Source: Adineta vaga
Lineage: Eukaryota > Animalia > Rotifera
Length of the DNA stretch: 64,000 nucleotides
Assembly: GCA_021613535.1 (NCBI GenBank)
Contig: CP075493.1
Span: 9,858,001 to 9,922,000, forward strand
Reading direction: 5' to 3'
Shown in pieces: positions 14,583 to 34,344 of this stretch (the stretch's first letter is position 1; each line of letters starts with the position of its first letter). The position numbers and the translations under genes are program-made. The notes under the pieces are model-generated. The model was not told the origin of the DNA. It saw only the letters and a list, made by a program, of their open reading frames with translations, and ran no database searches.

Positions 14583-14752
14583 ATTTTTCATTGTTTTTGT
14601 TTTTCTGAACATATCATTCATGTGATATTGTCAACAACAGAAAGAAAAGAAAAGAAAAAGAAATTAAAAATAAAGCAACGAAACTCTCTCTTTCTCTCAA
14701 TACAATTTTGAATCTTAAATACGAAAGAGTTATTTAATTGATAGTCTAATAT

Positions 14753-17700
14753 TTATTCAAGTAATTTTTCACAATCCCATTTAAGAAAAACGATAAGTAA
14801 AACTAATTTCTTTACACAATCCTTATTTTTAATTATTGGTCTAAGAATATATTGTTTAATTGATGCTGGAATTAGAAATGTTTCAATATAATTATATTGT
14901 CGAGTTTGTTTTTCTTCATTGTTCGTAAATTGAATTTCAATTGTATCACCTTCAACTAACATACATAAATGAAAACGATTTTCCGTTAGACGAGTCATTT
15001 CAATTGATTCATTCGGTTCAATGATAAGACGTTGTACATCATAGATATGTAAATAATGTGTTGGAAGATGTTGTTCTTGATATTGATCTTGCTCGAGTTT
15101 TTGAATGATTGGTTGACAACAAAGTTGTTGACCATGTCGATCAAATTTTAAATTTTTCATTCCATGCTCAATATTTAGAGAACGTGAACGTCCATCAGGA
15201 TTTATTCTTAACCAATCATATAATTCAAATGAATACAGATAAGGTGTGGTGGAAATTTCGAGAACAGCTTGATTTTGTCCACATGCATGAATTGTTTCAT
15301 GTGGTATTAGGAAAAAATCATGAGTTCTACTACAAAATGATTGAATATATTTGTTCACATTCAATTCTTGTTTGCTTATATCACTTGAAATTAGAGCTTG
15401 ATGAAATTCATCTGGATTGATAATTTCTTGAAAGCCAAGATAAATATACGATGAAGTTGTACAATCATTTTCATGTTCATTAATCGAATTTTCTTTCTTA
15501 GTTTTAAGAATATAATAAGTTTGATCTTGTGGTAATTTTTCACCGAAATTTGTACGAAGATATTGAAGACCAGGCGTACATCGTAATGACATATTACTTC
15601 CATCAATTGTATCAAGTATATTGAAACGAAGTGGAAAATCCATTAAATCAGGAAATAATCGACAATGAATATCATTTCCTAAGATTTGATTTATTTGTGA
15701 ACCGTAGAATATCTCCCAAGATAGTTCCAAAAGACGATTATGTACATCGGATAAAATTAAACCATTTTCAGTTGAAATGATTTCAAATGATCGAGCATAA
15801 TTATTTGCATATTTGGAAATATTTGTACAATGTGATTTGAACCATTGACCACCCCATGGACCTGATTCAAACCAAGGTCGAACACGAATCGGTTGATTAG
15901 CAAGAGAAATAAGTGTTTGTCGAAATGTTTCACCATCGATCCATGTAGGACAATTTGGTCGTTGACCATCGATAAAATAATTTATTCGAGGTAAAAGTTC
16001 TTGTTGAAGTTTATTAAAAACTGGATAATCAAGACAATATAAACATTTTTGTTCATACATAAATGATGTTAATGGATTATTTTTTGATTCAACTTTTCGT
16101 GTTGGTTTTAAATATGAACTTGCTGATTCCGTTGCAACACGATAATAAAGTTCATTTTTAGGTAAATCAATATAAACTACTGGAGATATTTCATTCACAT
16201 ACGATGAAGCTGGTCCAATAACAACACATGGATAAGATAGATTTGTTTTTAGAAGATTTAATTTTTTTGTATCAAGAAAATCATGAAGAAAATCTAAATC
16301 ATATCCAATACGACCGAAGAATGATCGAGGATTTTGAAGATAAATTTCTCGTTGCATATTCGAATCTGTTTGTAAAAATGCTCGACTATCATAAAATAAT
16401 AATGATAATGATTTCTTTGTTTGTGTTTTTTCAAGATAATATTTATTTAATTGTTGTGCATACTCATTAAAATCTGTACCAACAAAACCATCGATTAGAA
16501 GAATTTCATTTTCTTCAATAAGTTGATATAATTTTTCATTTAAAGTTCGATGTCCAATACCAATCGAACCGTTTGAAATTGGATGCGTCGGATAAATATC
16601 ATATTTTGTTGTGTCAATTGTTTTAACAACAGGTAGAAGAAATTGATGAATTTGTCGAAGATATTTTTTTGGTTGTTCATATAATTGTTGTTGAACAGCG
16701 CCAATACAAATGGATTTACCTTGTGAAAGACTAAAATAAACATGAACTTTTGAGAACTTTTTTATTGTTAAATTAAGTTCATCTTCCAATAAATACCAAA
16801 CTTGAGCAAGATCACCACTAATGATGATTAAATGAGCATGAAATGCATCGATATAAGGTATAAGAAATTGTCCTAATAAACGAGCATATACTTGAAAGGC
16901 TTTAATAACAAATGGATCACCATAGGATGCACGTCGTATAAGATACGAGTCAGTTATAAATAAATTCTCATCATATTGTTGCCGTTCATCACTGGATAAT
17001 GTCATACTACTTGTACCGGAACTATCATCAGGAGATTCGGAACGTAGAAGTTTCTTATAAATTTCTATTAAACCACGAGTTGAAAACCAATCATCAGCTA
17101 GAGAATGTTGATCGTATGGACAATTCCATAAGGCACCATTTAGTGGAACATCTTCTCGATGTGTTATGAGTTCACCTCGATCAATAAATGCCGAACCAAA
17201 GCTCGTACTTAATGTTAATGCAAGAATACGTTCATAGATTTGATTGTGTTCGTATTTAACTTCACCTAAAGCAAAACAAGTAGCATCATTATAAAATGAA
17301 ATCGGTATGTGATTTAAATGTTCAATAATGGACCATAATTTTGGTGTAAAACGAGTATTAATCATTGATTTATTGAATTTATTGAGTTCAACATCATGAA
17401 AATATGTTTCACGACGTGATCGAGTTATAGTTAAATTGTCCATATCTTCTTCATATCGTCCACAAAAATCAACAAGATTATTTTTAATCGATGTTTTCTC
17501 TTGATAATTTTCTATTGTTGTTGATATTAAATTTAAAGTTATCGGAATATGCGGAGTTGATGGTGGTGTTAATGTCATTTTTCTTGTTTTTTGTCCTTGT
17601 TGTAATCTATCAAGAATCGTCGATGTTTTACGTACTGAAACAGATTGTTGTATCGCTTGATATTTATCAAAATAATCATGTTTCCAACGTAAGATTAAAT

Positions 17701-18061
17701 CTTTTAGGCCATGTTCAAGTGATAAACGTAAATTTAAACCAAAAAATTTTTGAAATGTCGATGATTGTGTATAACATGTTTCTGATCGATAATCCATTGG
17801 ACCAGGTATACCAATTGAAATGCCAATAATATTATCATTTTCTTGGTAATGATCAACAAAATCAAGTAGAAGGTCATCGATACATTCAATCCAAATGGCT
17901 AAAATATCTCGTGGATCTGTGTCATTAGTAATTTCAAATGATCGAGTAAAATATGTATCACGTTCAATGGATAATTTTCCATTCGATATTTGTTCGATGC
18001 GTACAAGAGCTGATGTTATATAGCTATCACTTATATCCAGGCCAATCACTAATGATGACAT
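14753..18061 (-). CDS. Intronless ~1102-aa fusion: N-terminal ROK-family sugar-kinase-like domain plus C-terminal bacterial class I mannose-6-phosphate-isomerase-like (cupin) protein; probable horizontal acquisition
   Basis: First ATG at 18061 (MSSLVIGLDISDS). ROK motifs GISIGIPGPMDY, NDATCFALGE, LALTLSTSFGSAFI, ADDWFSTRGL. PMI-like motifs IRVRPWFESGPWGGQW, FPLRFNILDTIDGSNMSLRCTP, QDQTYYIL, FFLIPHETIHACG, VLEISTTPYLYSFELYDWLR. No introns over 3.3 kb. Confidence 0.85.
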   Translation of the reverse strand: MSSLVIGLDISDSYITSALVRIEQISNGKLSIERDTYFTRSFEITNDTDPRDILAIWIECIDDLLLDFVDHYQENDNIIGISIGIPGPMDYRSETCYTQSSTFQKFFGLNLRLSLEHGLKDLILRWKHDYFDKYQAIQQSVSVRKTSTILDRLQQGQKTRKMTLTPPSTPHIPITLNLISTTIENYQEKTSIKNNLVDFCGRYEEDMDNLTITRSRRETYFHDVELNKFNKSMINTRFTPKLWSIIEHLNHIPISFYNDATCFALGEVKYEHNQIYERILALTLSTSFGSAFIDRGELITHREDVPLNGALWNCPYDQHSLADDWFSTRGLIEIYKKLLRSESPDDSSGTSSMTLSSDERQQYDENLFITDSYLIRRASYGDPFVIKAFQVYARLLGQFLIPYIDAFHAHLIIISGDLAQVWYLLEDELNLTIKKFSKVHVYFSLSQGKSICIGAVQQQLYEQPKKYLRQIHQFLLPVVKTIDTTKYDIYPTHPISNGSIGIGHRTLNEKLYQLIEENEILLIDGFVGTDFNEYAQQLNKYYLEKTQTKKSLSLLFYDSRAFLQTDSNMQREIYLQNPRSFFGRIGYDLDFLHDFLDTKKLNLLKTNLSYPCVVIGPASSYVNEISPVVYIDLPKNELYYRVATESASSYLKPTRKVESKNNPLTSFMYEQKCLYCLDYPVFNKLQQELLPRINYFIDGQRPNCPTWIDGETFRQTLISLANQPIRVRPWFESGPWGGQWFKSHCTNISKYANNYARSFEIISTENGLILSDVHNRLLELSWEIFYGSQINQILGNDIHCRLFPDLMDFPLRFNILDTIDGSNMSLRCTPGLQYLRTNFGEKLPQDQTYYILKTKKENSINEHENDCTTSSYIYLGFQEIINPDEFHQALISSDISKQELNVNKYIQSFCSRTHDFFLIPHETIHACGQNQAVLEISTTPYLYSFELYDWLRINPDGRSRSLNIEHGMKNLKFDRHGQQLCCQPIIQKLEQDQYQEQHLPTHYLHIYDVQRLIIEPNESIEMTRLTENRFHLCMLVEGDTIEIQFTNNEEKQTRQYNYIETFLIPASIKQYILRPIIKNKDCVKKLVLLIVFLKWDCEKLLE

Positions 18062-21000
18062 GTTGTGAATATGGATAAGAAAAACAAGAGGAATTATACA
18101 AAATGTTTGTGTATATATGTACACAATCAAACGGAATATCAAAAGGAAAGAAAAACAACAATTCGTTGGATTAAATTTTCTTGAATGATAGGAGGTTCTC
18201 TCTCACTCTCTTTTTTTTCACTTATAGAAAAAATATAAACATACGAATATTACAGCATACGAGCCAATGTCATTGATTAAGTTTTTGTTTTTTCTTTTTC
18301 ATCTTTCGTTTACCTGTCGTTTTCTTCGCTCGCTCGCTCTCTCTCTCTCTATCGTTTAGTAACGTTCTTATTTTAATTTCTGTATCAATGATAAATACTT
18401 CTATTTGTATTCATATTAACTGAGGCGTATCTTTTGTCGGTTTTTTCACAGTATGTAGATATTATCGAAGTAATTATTTATGATCTTTTACTTCGATGTT
18501 CAATAACTGAACTAGTCCAAACGTTAATAACTGATTAACGATGAAGAATATGAATTATACAGAAAAATATCGAATATAGAGACGTTAATGAATGACTATC
18601 GGAAAATTAATCTATGATTCATTATCATGATGACGTATATATATATATATACATATTCTGATCAAACTATAGATAGTATTCAATAGTCGATCGATGTGTT
18701 TTGATTGACAGAATCGTAGATAGGAATTAAAAGTGTATGATTGTAAAAATATCGCTCGATAGAGAATGTAATTTGTTTTTTTTAATTGGACGATATATAT
18801 ACGGAAAAAAAGGCAATCTCAAATAGAAAAATGATCTTTTCTTGTTATATAAAGAGTGAAAATATATAGACTATCATGATATAATAATTAAATTATATCA
18901 TAATTAACTTGAAAACCTTCAGATATATCATATGAAGTAATAGACCAGAACGTATTCGATGGTATTTTAATGATCCTTTCAAGTACATTAAATGATTATA
19001 AAAATTATTTGAAATTGTTCTTCATATATATATATATCAATCATTTTATTAGTGAGTCTTCATTAATATTTTGCGTCGATTTTTTTCTTTTCTCTTGTAC
19101 ATCCCACAAATCATATCGAATTAAAAATCCTAGCAATTATAATGATCGACGCATTAAAATATGTCATCAATATCACTAATGAGCTTTTAAATACATTTCT
19201 ATGTACATACATACGGCATTTGTCGAAAGAAATCGTGATGTAAACAAATAAATTCTTGACATTTGACCATACGGTACTTGTACTACTTGTAGTTATGATA
19301 TTTTCTTTTGAAAATAGACGAAGAGTAAAAGTATTAGTTAGATATATATATTTCATTTTGTGAAAAGAAATTACTCATTCCTATCACATTCTTATTAAAA
19401 ACTGTTTAACAGGATTTATGGATTTTCTTTCTTCTGTATCCGTCGAAGCAATCTAATAAAAACAGAGTGTTTGTTCAGACGTAAAAATCTCATTGATTTT
19501 ATCAAGCAGAAAAAAAGATTAGATGATTCAATTAATAGATGATCATCAACATCCATCGGAATACTTGATTAAGTTCCTAGTGACATCTATATTTGATATA
19601 TATTCAATTGGTTATTATCATCTTACAAAGACAATCTATTTCGATTGGTGCATATCAAATGATGAGACAAAGAAAGAGAAAGAATAGAATGGAAAAAAAA
19701 TCACAATCCCAAAAAACAAAACAAATATGAAAATAATCAAAGAAAAGAAAGATCTTTCTTTACTTTTATTCTTCTAGAATTTTTCTTTTTTATCTTCGTA
19801 TTTCCTTGATTTCAACTTTGACTTTTCTCGATTTCATTAACCTTTCCTTTACGTTAACCAATCAACAAACATAAAGTAAGAGAAAAACACATACAACAAA
19901 CCTTTTCTTCTACTAAATCTCTACATATGAATTCAATCATATATGTTTAATAGATTAGACGTTTGAATTATAGATTTTATTACTCATGTTTTTTTTTGCT
20001 CTTCAAAACATATTTCATACATTAACCATGTTGTTTCGTTCTCATTCATCGTTTCCTTATTTCTACTCTTCATAATATATGCATCCCCATCAACAAAAAT
20101 CTCGATTAGAAGTCTTTCGTTCTTTATTGATACTCAAAATGTAATTTAGACTAAGAATAACACATATTTCTCTTCTATCTTTTTCTAGCATTTTTTCTCT
20201 TTTTTTTCGTAATTTCTTGTCAGTCCTCTTGTTTTCATGTATAGATATATCCACTTTGTAGTATTATCATAATCAGTGGAATAGGCTTTCTAAGATTTAT
20301 TATGCATGGAAGAAAGAAAGATAATCATTCATCGTTCGGATAATAACAGCAATAAGCAAAATAGAAACTTCCGTCTATAGATATATATATATATATATTC
20401 TTCAAAATTCCTACTGAAGAAGTGCTTTTATCGCACTGTATCGATATAATAATGATGTTCGGGAAAACGTTCTACATTTGTGCGTCATCTCCGTTCAAGC
20501 TGTTGCACGCATATACATCTGCACCATTCGGTTTCTTTTCTTCTTTTCAGCATTTTTATATGGAAATACAAATACAATGTGCGTAATCACAGTGTAGGAG
20601 AAAAAAGAGAATACGCGTCAATTCACATTATTTTTAACAATAACAAATTTCCACCGATAAAAAATTAGAATAAATTATCAACAGAGAAAAAAACAAAGAG
20701 TTTTCCATTCGTCGTTTTTTTTCTCGCTTTTTTCTTGTCTGCCGACGATTGCAAGCGAAATCCAAACAAAGAATACTATTATTATCGCTTGTTTTGTATA
20801 ACCATAATAACCTTTCATCTCATTATGTATCGTAGTGCGACTGCTGTTGAAGATGATCATGATCGTTATTACTAGTTCTTTCTCATCTCTCTTCTTACTC
20901 CTTCTTTCTTTCTGTTTCCTTTCGAAGATCGTTCTTTAATTTCCTTGTATTATACCATTGCGCCCCCTCCTTCTCCTTTCCTCCCTATCTCTCCCTTACC

Positions 21001-21359
21001 CTCTCTGTTTCTTCTCTTCCATCATCATCATCATATTGTTGGTCGACTCATTTAACAGAACATGTCGACACGCGATGAACGTCGTCTCTAGTGCATACAA
21101 ATACATACATATTCTTTCTCTTTCTCTCTTCACATCACTTTATACATATATGTATATGTAGACTAAAATTTCATCCTCTGTCTTTGAATGAAGACAAGCA
21201 AAAGTGTGTTTCTTCGTTCATGTTCAATCGTATTGAATGAAGGTGAGAAGGAGGAGGCGTATTGATTTTATATGTATATCATTGTAGATGAAAAAACGAC
21301 GACAATGTTCGAGGCCGGTCAGATAAAAACAAAATTCATTCATTGGTTTATTATCTTAG

Positions 21360-29196
<7,837 letters not shown>

Positions 29197-30554
29197 AACC
29201 GAATTATCATGATCAATAAATATACAAACTGTTCGTTTTCTTTCTCTTTCTTTTGATGCAATTTATTACTTTTTCGTGTATTGTATATAAATAGAGTTGT
29301 CTTCTTCGTCTTTTTCTTTCGTTTCTCTCCTCTCTCTCTCTCTATCTTCTATTAGTGATTTTTCTCACTAAACGAAAACGTAAAATCGATTTGCAAAGCA
29401 AAAAAAACACATATTATGTCGTATATATACATAATCTTTATCTTGTTTCACTTTAATTAATGAATTCATCATCATTATTTGTTGTGTTCTTTTATATTGT
29501 TTCTTCCTTTTTTTTTCTTTCGTTCTTAAAGTAAATATTGCTCGAATTAATTCATTTATTTTATCTATACGATTATCAATGAGCAGACAAAACTAGTTAG
29601 TATAGACATTGTCAATAAAATTAACTCAGCAGATGACGAGCATTTCTTTAAAACATACATAAATTAATTCATTTTATTTAAAGAATTTCACCCTACATTT
29701 GACAAAAAAAACCATCTTGTAAGTGTCGTGCGTTAACTTTTGTTTTATCTTATTCATACATTTTTCCATGAGAGTGCATCTGCGATTCATAGAAAGATAA
29801 ACAATACCTGTATGATAATGTCATGGTCAAATAGCTTTGTACGTTAAAAGAAATATCGATCAATTTTTCGGGAAATTTCACGTGAATAAACTGCAAAAAT
29901 AAACGTATCGATAAATTATTGAGAATCTTTCAACGTATTATGTGGAAAATAGGAAACTCTTAGACATAGAAAAATATGATGATAAGTGTAGGAGTTTCTT
30001 TTTTCAATTTGATAAAAAAAAGACTTTTCTGATTAAACTTTCATCGAAGACGTATATTCTTATGAATAATTGATCAAATAGTTTTAAAAACCTGATAAAA
30101 TGAGTCAAAATTGAAGAATATGTATACTATCATACGGACTAATAATAATGAGAGAAACAACATTTCGGTAAATCTATTCTCAAACATTAAGTTCAAACTG
30201 AGATCCCTGCGGATGTACTTTGATCAAATAAAATATTATAAGACAGATGTCTGTTAGTTTCTATATATTTATATATTTTTTTTTCATCAATTCAAACATG
30301 CATTGCACACATAAAAAGGTTGAAAGCAAAAGCAATCACAAATGTAGATAATAGTAATGGTTTCTTCTTATCATGCAAAGAGAGCCAGCTGCTGCATGAA
30401 TTTACCATTAGTATTGTCAACATTAGTTTACCAGCTAATGCATAAAAGTGAACACAAACAAGCAAAAACAGCCGATCAACGAACTGCACAAAAAAATCAA
30501 GGAAAACCGAAAAAAAGAGAGAAAGAGAGAATTTATTGCCAATTGGATGTTTGC

Positions 30555-32511
30555 TTAGAAGAAGGACATTTCCATCATTGTTGGTGTTAAAAGTCCAAAA
30601 GGATCGGAGTGAACATTATATGAGGATACATCATGATTTGATTTGATATTTTCTTCATCAAGCCAGTTAAAAACCTCATCAATATGACCAAGTTCTTGTT
30701 TAAGTGGGGGCGAAAAATAATTATGAAAATTTGTTTCATAAGGAACCTGGGCATATTGTTGAGGTGATTGATAACGAACAAAATTTTCCTTTTCAATGTG
30801 TTGATAATCAAACCGTTGACGTTTTGCATTAGGACTCTCGTTCATTGTCAAACATTGATCATTAGGTGCTGAATTTTAAGAAAAAAAAAGAAAAAAAACT
30901 GACAGATGTTAAATAATAGTTCAATAAATCGACTAAAATCACCTACACATGGATACATTTACTGTTGTTGAATTACTTAAGATTAAATTTGACATAAATA
31001 TTGAATCTTGTTGATATGAAGCTTTTTGTCGTTCAATATTTTGTTTGTGAGCATAGATAAGACAATCATATCGAATTGAAGGACTAAAATGAGAGATCAG
31101 CTTGTTTTATTTAATCAAATGTTAAACGTACTCGATGAGCTGCGCCAAAAAACCAAGTTTCATTGTTTTACGTCGACCTGAAATCAATATATGCGTATTG
31201 CATAGAAAGGTCAGACGATCACCGTTGCTTGTAAATAGATCCAGGACATTCATTGATGTACAATGTTCTCCTGAAACTAAAATAAAAAGAAACAAATCAG
31301 ATATAATTAAATTTAATTTCTTTCTGAAAGAACTTACAGCAGTTTTGTTTCGCTTGTTCTAAAATATCCATGCATTCCATTGGTAAAATCCGACGAATTG
31401 ATTGATCAATTAATTCATTGGACTTATAACCTAATAATGATTCAGTGCTAAATAAAAATTAGAATGATTAGGTTTTGTTTTGTTTGAATAAGAAAAGATG
31501 AACTAACTTGGATGATATTTCACTGATATGAAGTTGATCATTAAGAACAAAACGAAGCGTTGTTGTACTTGTTGAGCCAACGTTATTTGTAGGAACATTC
31601 GGTGTACTTGAAAGAATTTGTTCGCAACGTGCAACAAATAATGGTTCTTTAATATCTTCATTTTCAATTGAAAAAAAATGTCCGGTTAGAAGCATTGACT
31701 GGAAAAAACCCATTAAAATACGACATTCATTTTTCAACAAAAGAGATAAACAAGATAATTTACTTTTGTTTCCGTTTGTGATCGATTTGGTCGTTTTCCT
31801 CTTGGTAAAATCCATGTGCAAATAGCACGTTTTTCATCCATACTTGGCATTGAAAGCATTCGACGAATATTTTCATGATCATCTTTACTCACACAATCGT
31901 AAATACTTGTCAATTGAGGATAAAGTGATCGCTTAAAATAAAAACAAAAACAAGGAATTGAATAAGTAAAAAAAAATGACAGACAAATTTCGCCTACCAC
32001 ATTTTTACGTAAATAATATTCGACATTATCACTAATTAATATTATTCGACCAGCTGGATTTAGAACAATAATGAAACCTGTAAGGTCGCCTTCAATTGAT
32101 GAACTCTGCATACCAGCTGCTAACTGAACATTTCCTAAATGAATAATTAACCATGCTACCTTGTCTGCTGTTCGCTCGGTCTCTATTCTTTTTCACTTAC
32201 GGTTAGAAATATCAGAAGGCCAATACTTGTATCGTAATAGACGAGACAACGTCAAACTAAGTATATCATTTTTATTGAATTTATTATTGTCTGGATCATC
32301 AATGCACGAATCTTTGAAGAGTTGACCTAAAGCTTCCAGAGCTTGACTTGTTTGTTTTCGTCGTTTATATGGTGTACTGTTGCATTCTTTCAAAGAATCG
32401 ACAACAGGTGTAGCATCAGATAACGATGACTGAAAAAGAATATTTCTATTGAAATAATCGAGAAAAAAAGCAATCATAATCATTTACCATATAATTACGT
32501 TGATGAAACAT
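30555..32511 (-). CDS. Divergent bHLH-PAS transcription factor
   Basis: ATG 32511. HLH-like KRRKQTSQALEALGQL...FNKNDILSLTL; PAS-A LTGFIIVLNPAGRIILISDNVEYYL and SIYDCVSKDDHENIRRML; PAS-B ISEISSNTESLLGYKSNELIDQSI plus a PAC-like exon; acidic/hydrophobic tail. Confidence 0.8.
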
Positions 32512-34344
32512 GATGTATGATACTATACAGTCGTTCAACGACACGATAAATGTCTTCGAAACTGTCCAGCAGTTGAAGTAAATACACAGAACGAACTAGC
32601 GTCTTAAAAAAAGTATACACCCCACAGCAGTTAGGCAAAATATGAGAATGACGAGTCTGAAAGAGTATGGTATTTACATGTTCACCTTTTTTTCTCTCTC
32701 TCTCGCTCTCCCGCCCTTATTCTTTTCCTTCTCTCATTTGACGACTGTGTTCGAGAGAAAAGTTTTTAGTCAGTTCTTTATTTTTATCAGTTTTTATTTT
32801 GAAACTATGTCAAGAACGAGAAGACGACAGTCTATATCTTCTGATGACGTCGAACATCGTCAAATTTTCTCTTTCTTTTGTTGTCACTCTGCTAAATACC
32901 TTTTGTTATTATTTATTCATTCTTATTTACACTTTATACCTTACTATTACTAATTAGAATGTTGTAAATAAGAAAAAAAAAGGATTATAGACATATTAAA
33001 TATTAAATACTGACGTAGATATAATGTCGTCATCAATGCAAGAACAAGACATGAAGAATTTAATATTAGACAATAAAAATCAATGCTATTTATTGACTGA
33101 AATTTAATCGTGAAAATAAAAAAATAACATTCCTGACTAAAGGAGTAAATAAAAAGTGTCACATAGTTAGAAAATAAATCGTTTTTCAGGATTGAAGGAC
33201 ATAAGAACTCAAAATTCTTGTATTTGGAAATCGTATTCAAGTAGAAAAATAAAAACAATTTTTGTCAGATTTCCAACAATTCAGTTTTACGACTATTAAC
33301 TATACCTGTTACATCTATTAAAATGTATCAGTAGATTAAAGCGAAAAGTTCATTGTTGGACCATATATTTATTTTCATGTAAACATAAAAATTGACATAT
33401 TTTTCTTTCAATTCAAACTACCTTCAATCTCATCAGATGTCCATGGAATGAATGAAGGCAATCTATGCTAAGTTATCAGAATGATTTCTACATCGTAATT
33501 AATATCTACTTCGATGATCAAATAGAAAATGAATGAACATAAGTTTCATATTAAATATTTTCTTAGTGAAATCTAACAATCATTATTGATTATGATACCC
33601 TTGTTAGTACACAAATATCAATGATAAATTTGTTTTTTGCGTGTGACAACAATTTAACATATAAATATTAGTTAATTTTTAAATACGTATACAAAAAATT
33701 CTCGTATTTTCCGCAGTACTCGACTGAAGTTTGTTAGTAAATAAGATCAAAAACGACGTCATAACTGACTTGTTGCTATTCAGTAGAAATTTTGCAATGG
33801 TAGTTACAGACATTCTTGATATTATAATTATTGTTAATAAAAATAGAATTCATCAAGCAAATATCTTTTGAAGTGTACATCTGCGCCCTCGAAACTTTGA
33901 TAATAATATCCGTTTCTACCAACATTCATTGTTAGGCAAAAACGATGCAAGTTTAAATCGTTTTTTACTATTCTACCAAACATTTCTAATTTATTAATTT
34001 TCTTTCTTCTAAGATGACGTAAAGAAGTCTGGATATGCGCTCGAAAGATTAAAACTTTGAATTGGGTCAGGATTTTTTAATAGGATATGACATATCATCC
34101 AGATGTTGAACAATAGACTTTTCATCATAATCACGTTCTTTTTTTATTCGGAAAAAATCTCTTATAGAAATATATGTCTGTCATGCTCTTTGTACAAGTT
34201 CAAAGAATTAAAACAATAAAAAAAACAAATAAACGAACAAAGAGAAAGATAGAACGTATAATCAAAACTCTACAAATCAAATGATGTTTTTTTTTGGTAA
34301 ATAAAAGAAATCGTATGTTATGTTTATTAATTTGATAAAATAGT

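Noticed and set aside
15109-17829. Short antisense and out-of-frame ORFs overlapping the fusion gene (and similar ones elsewhere)
   Set aside because: Shadow ORFs of real coding sequence with no motifs.
18062-18142. Hydrophobic N-terminal extension of the ROK fusion as a signal peptide
   Set aside because: It depends on a non-ATG start; the first ATG (18061) coincides with the start of the ROK fold.
18200-21300. Short F/I/L-rich ORFs and microsatellites between the fusion gene and scrib
   Set aside because: Composition matches AT-rich promoter/UTR DNA; no coding signal or element structure recognised.
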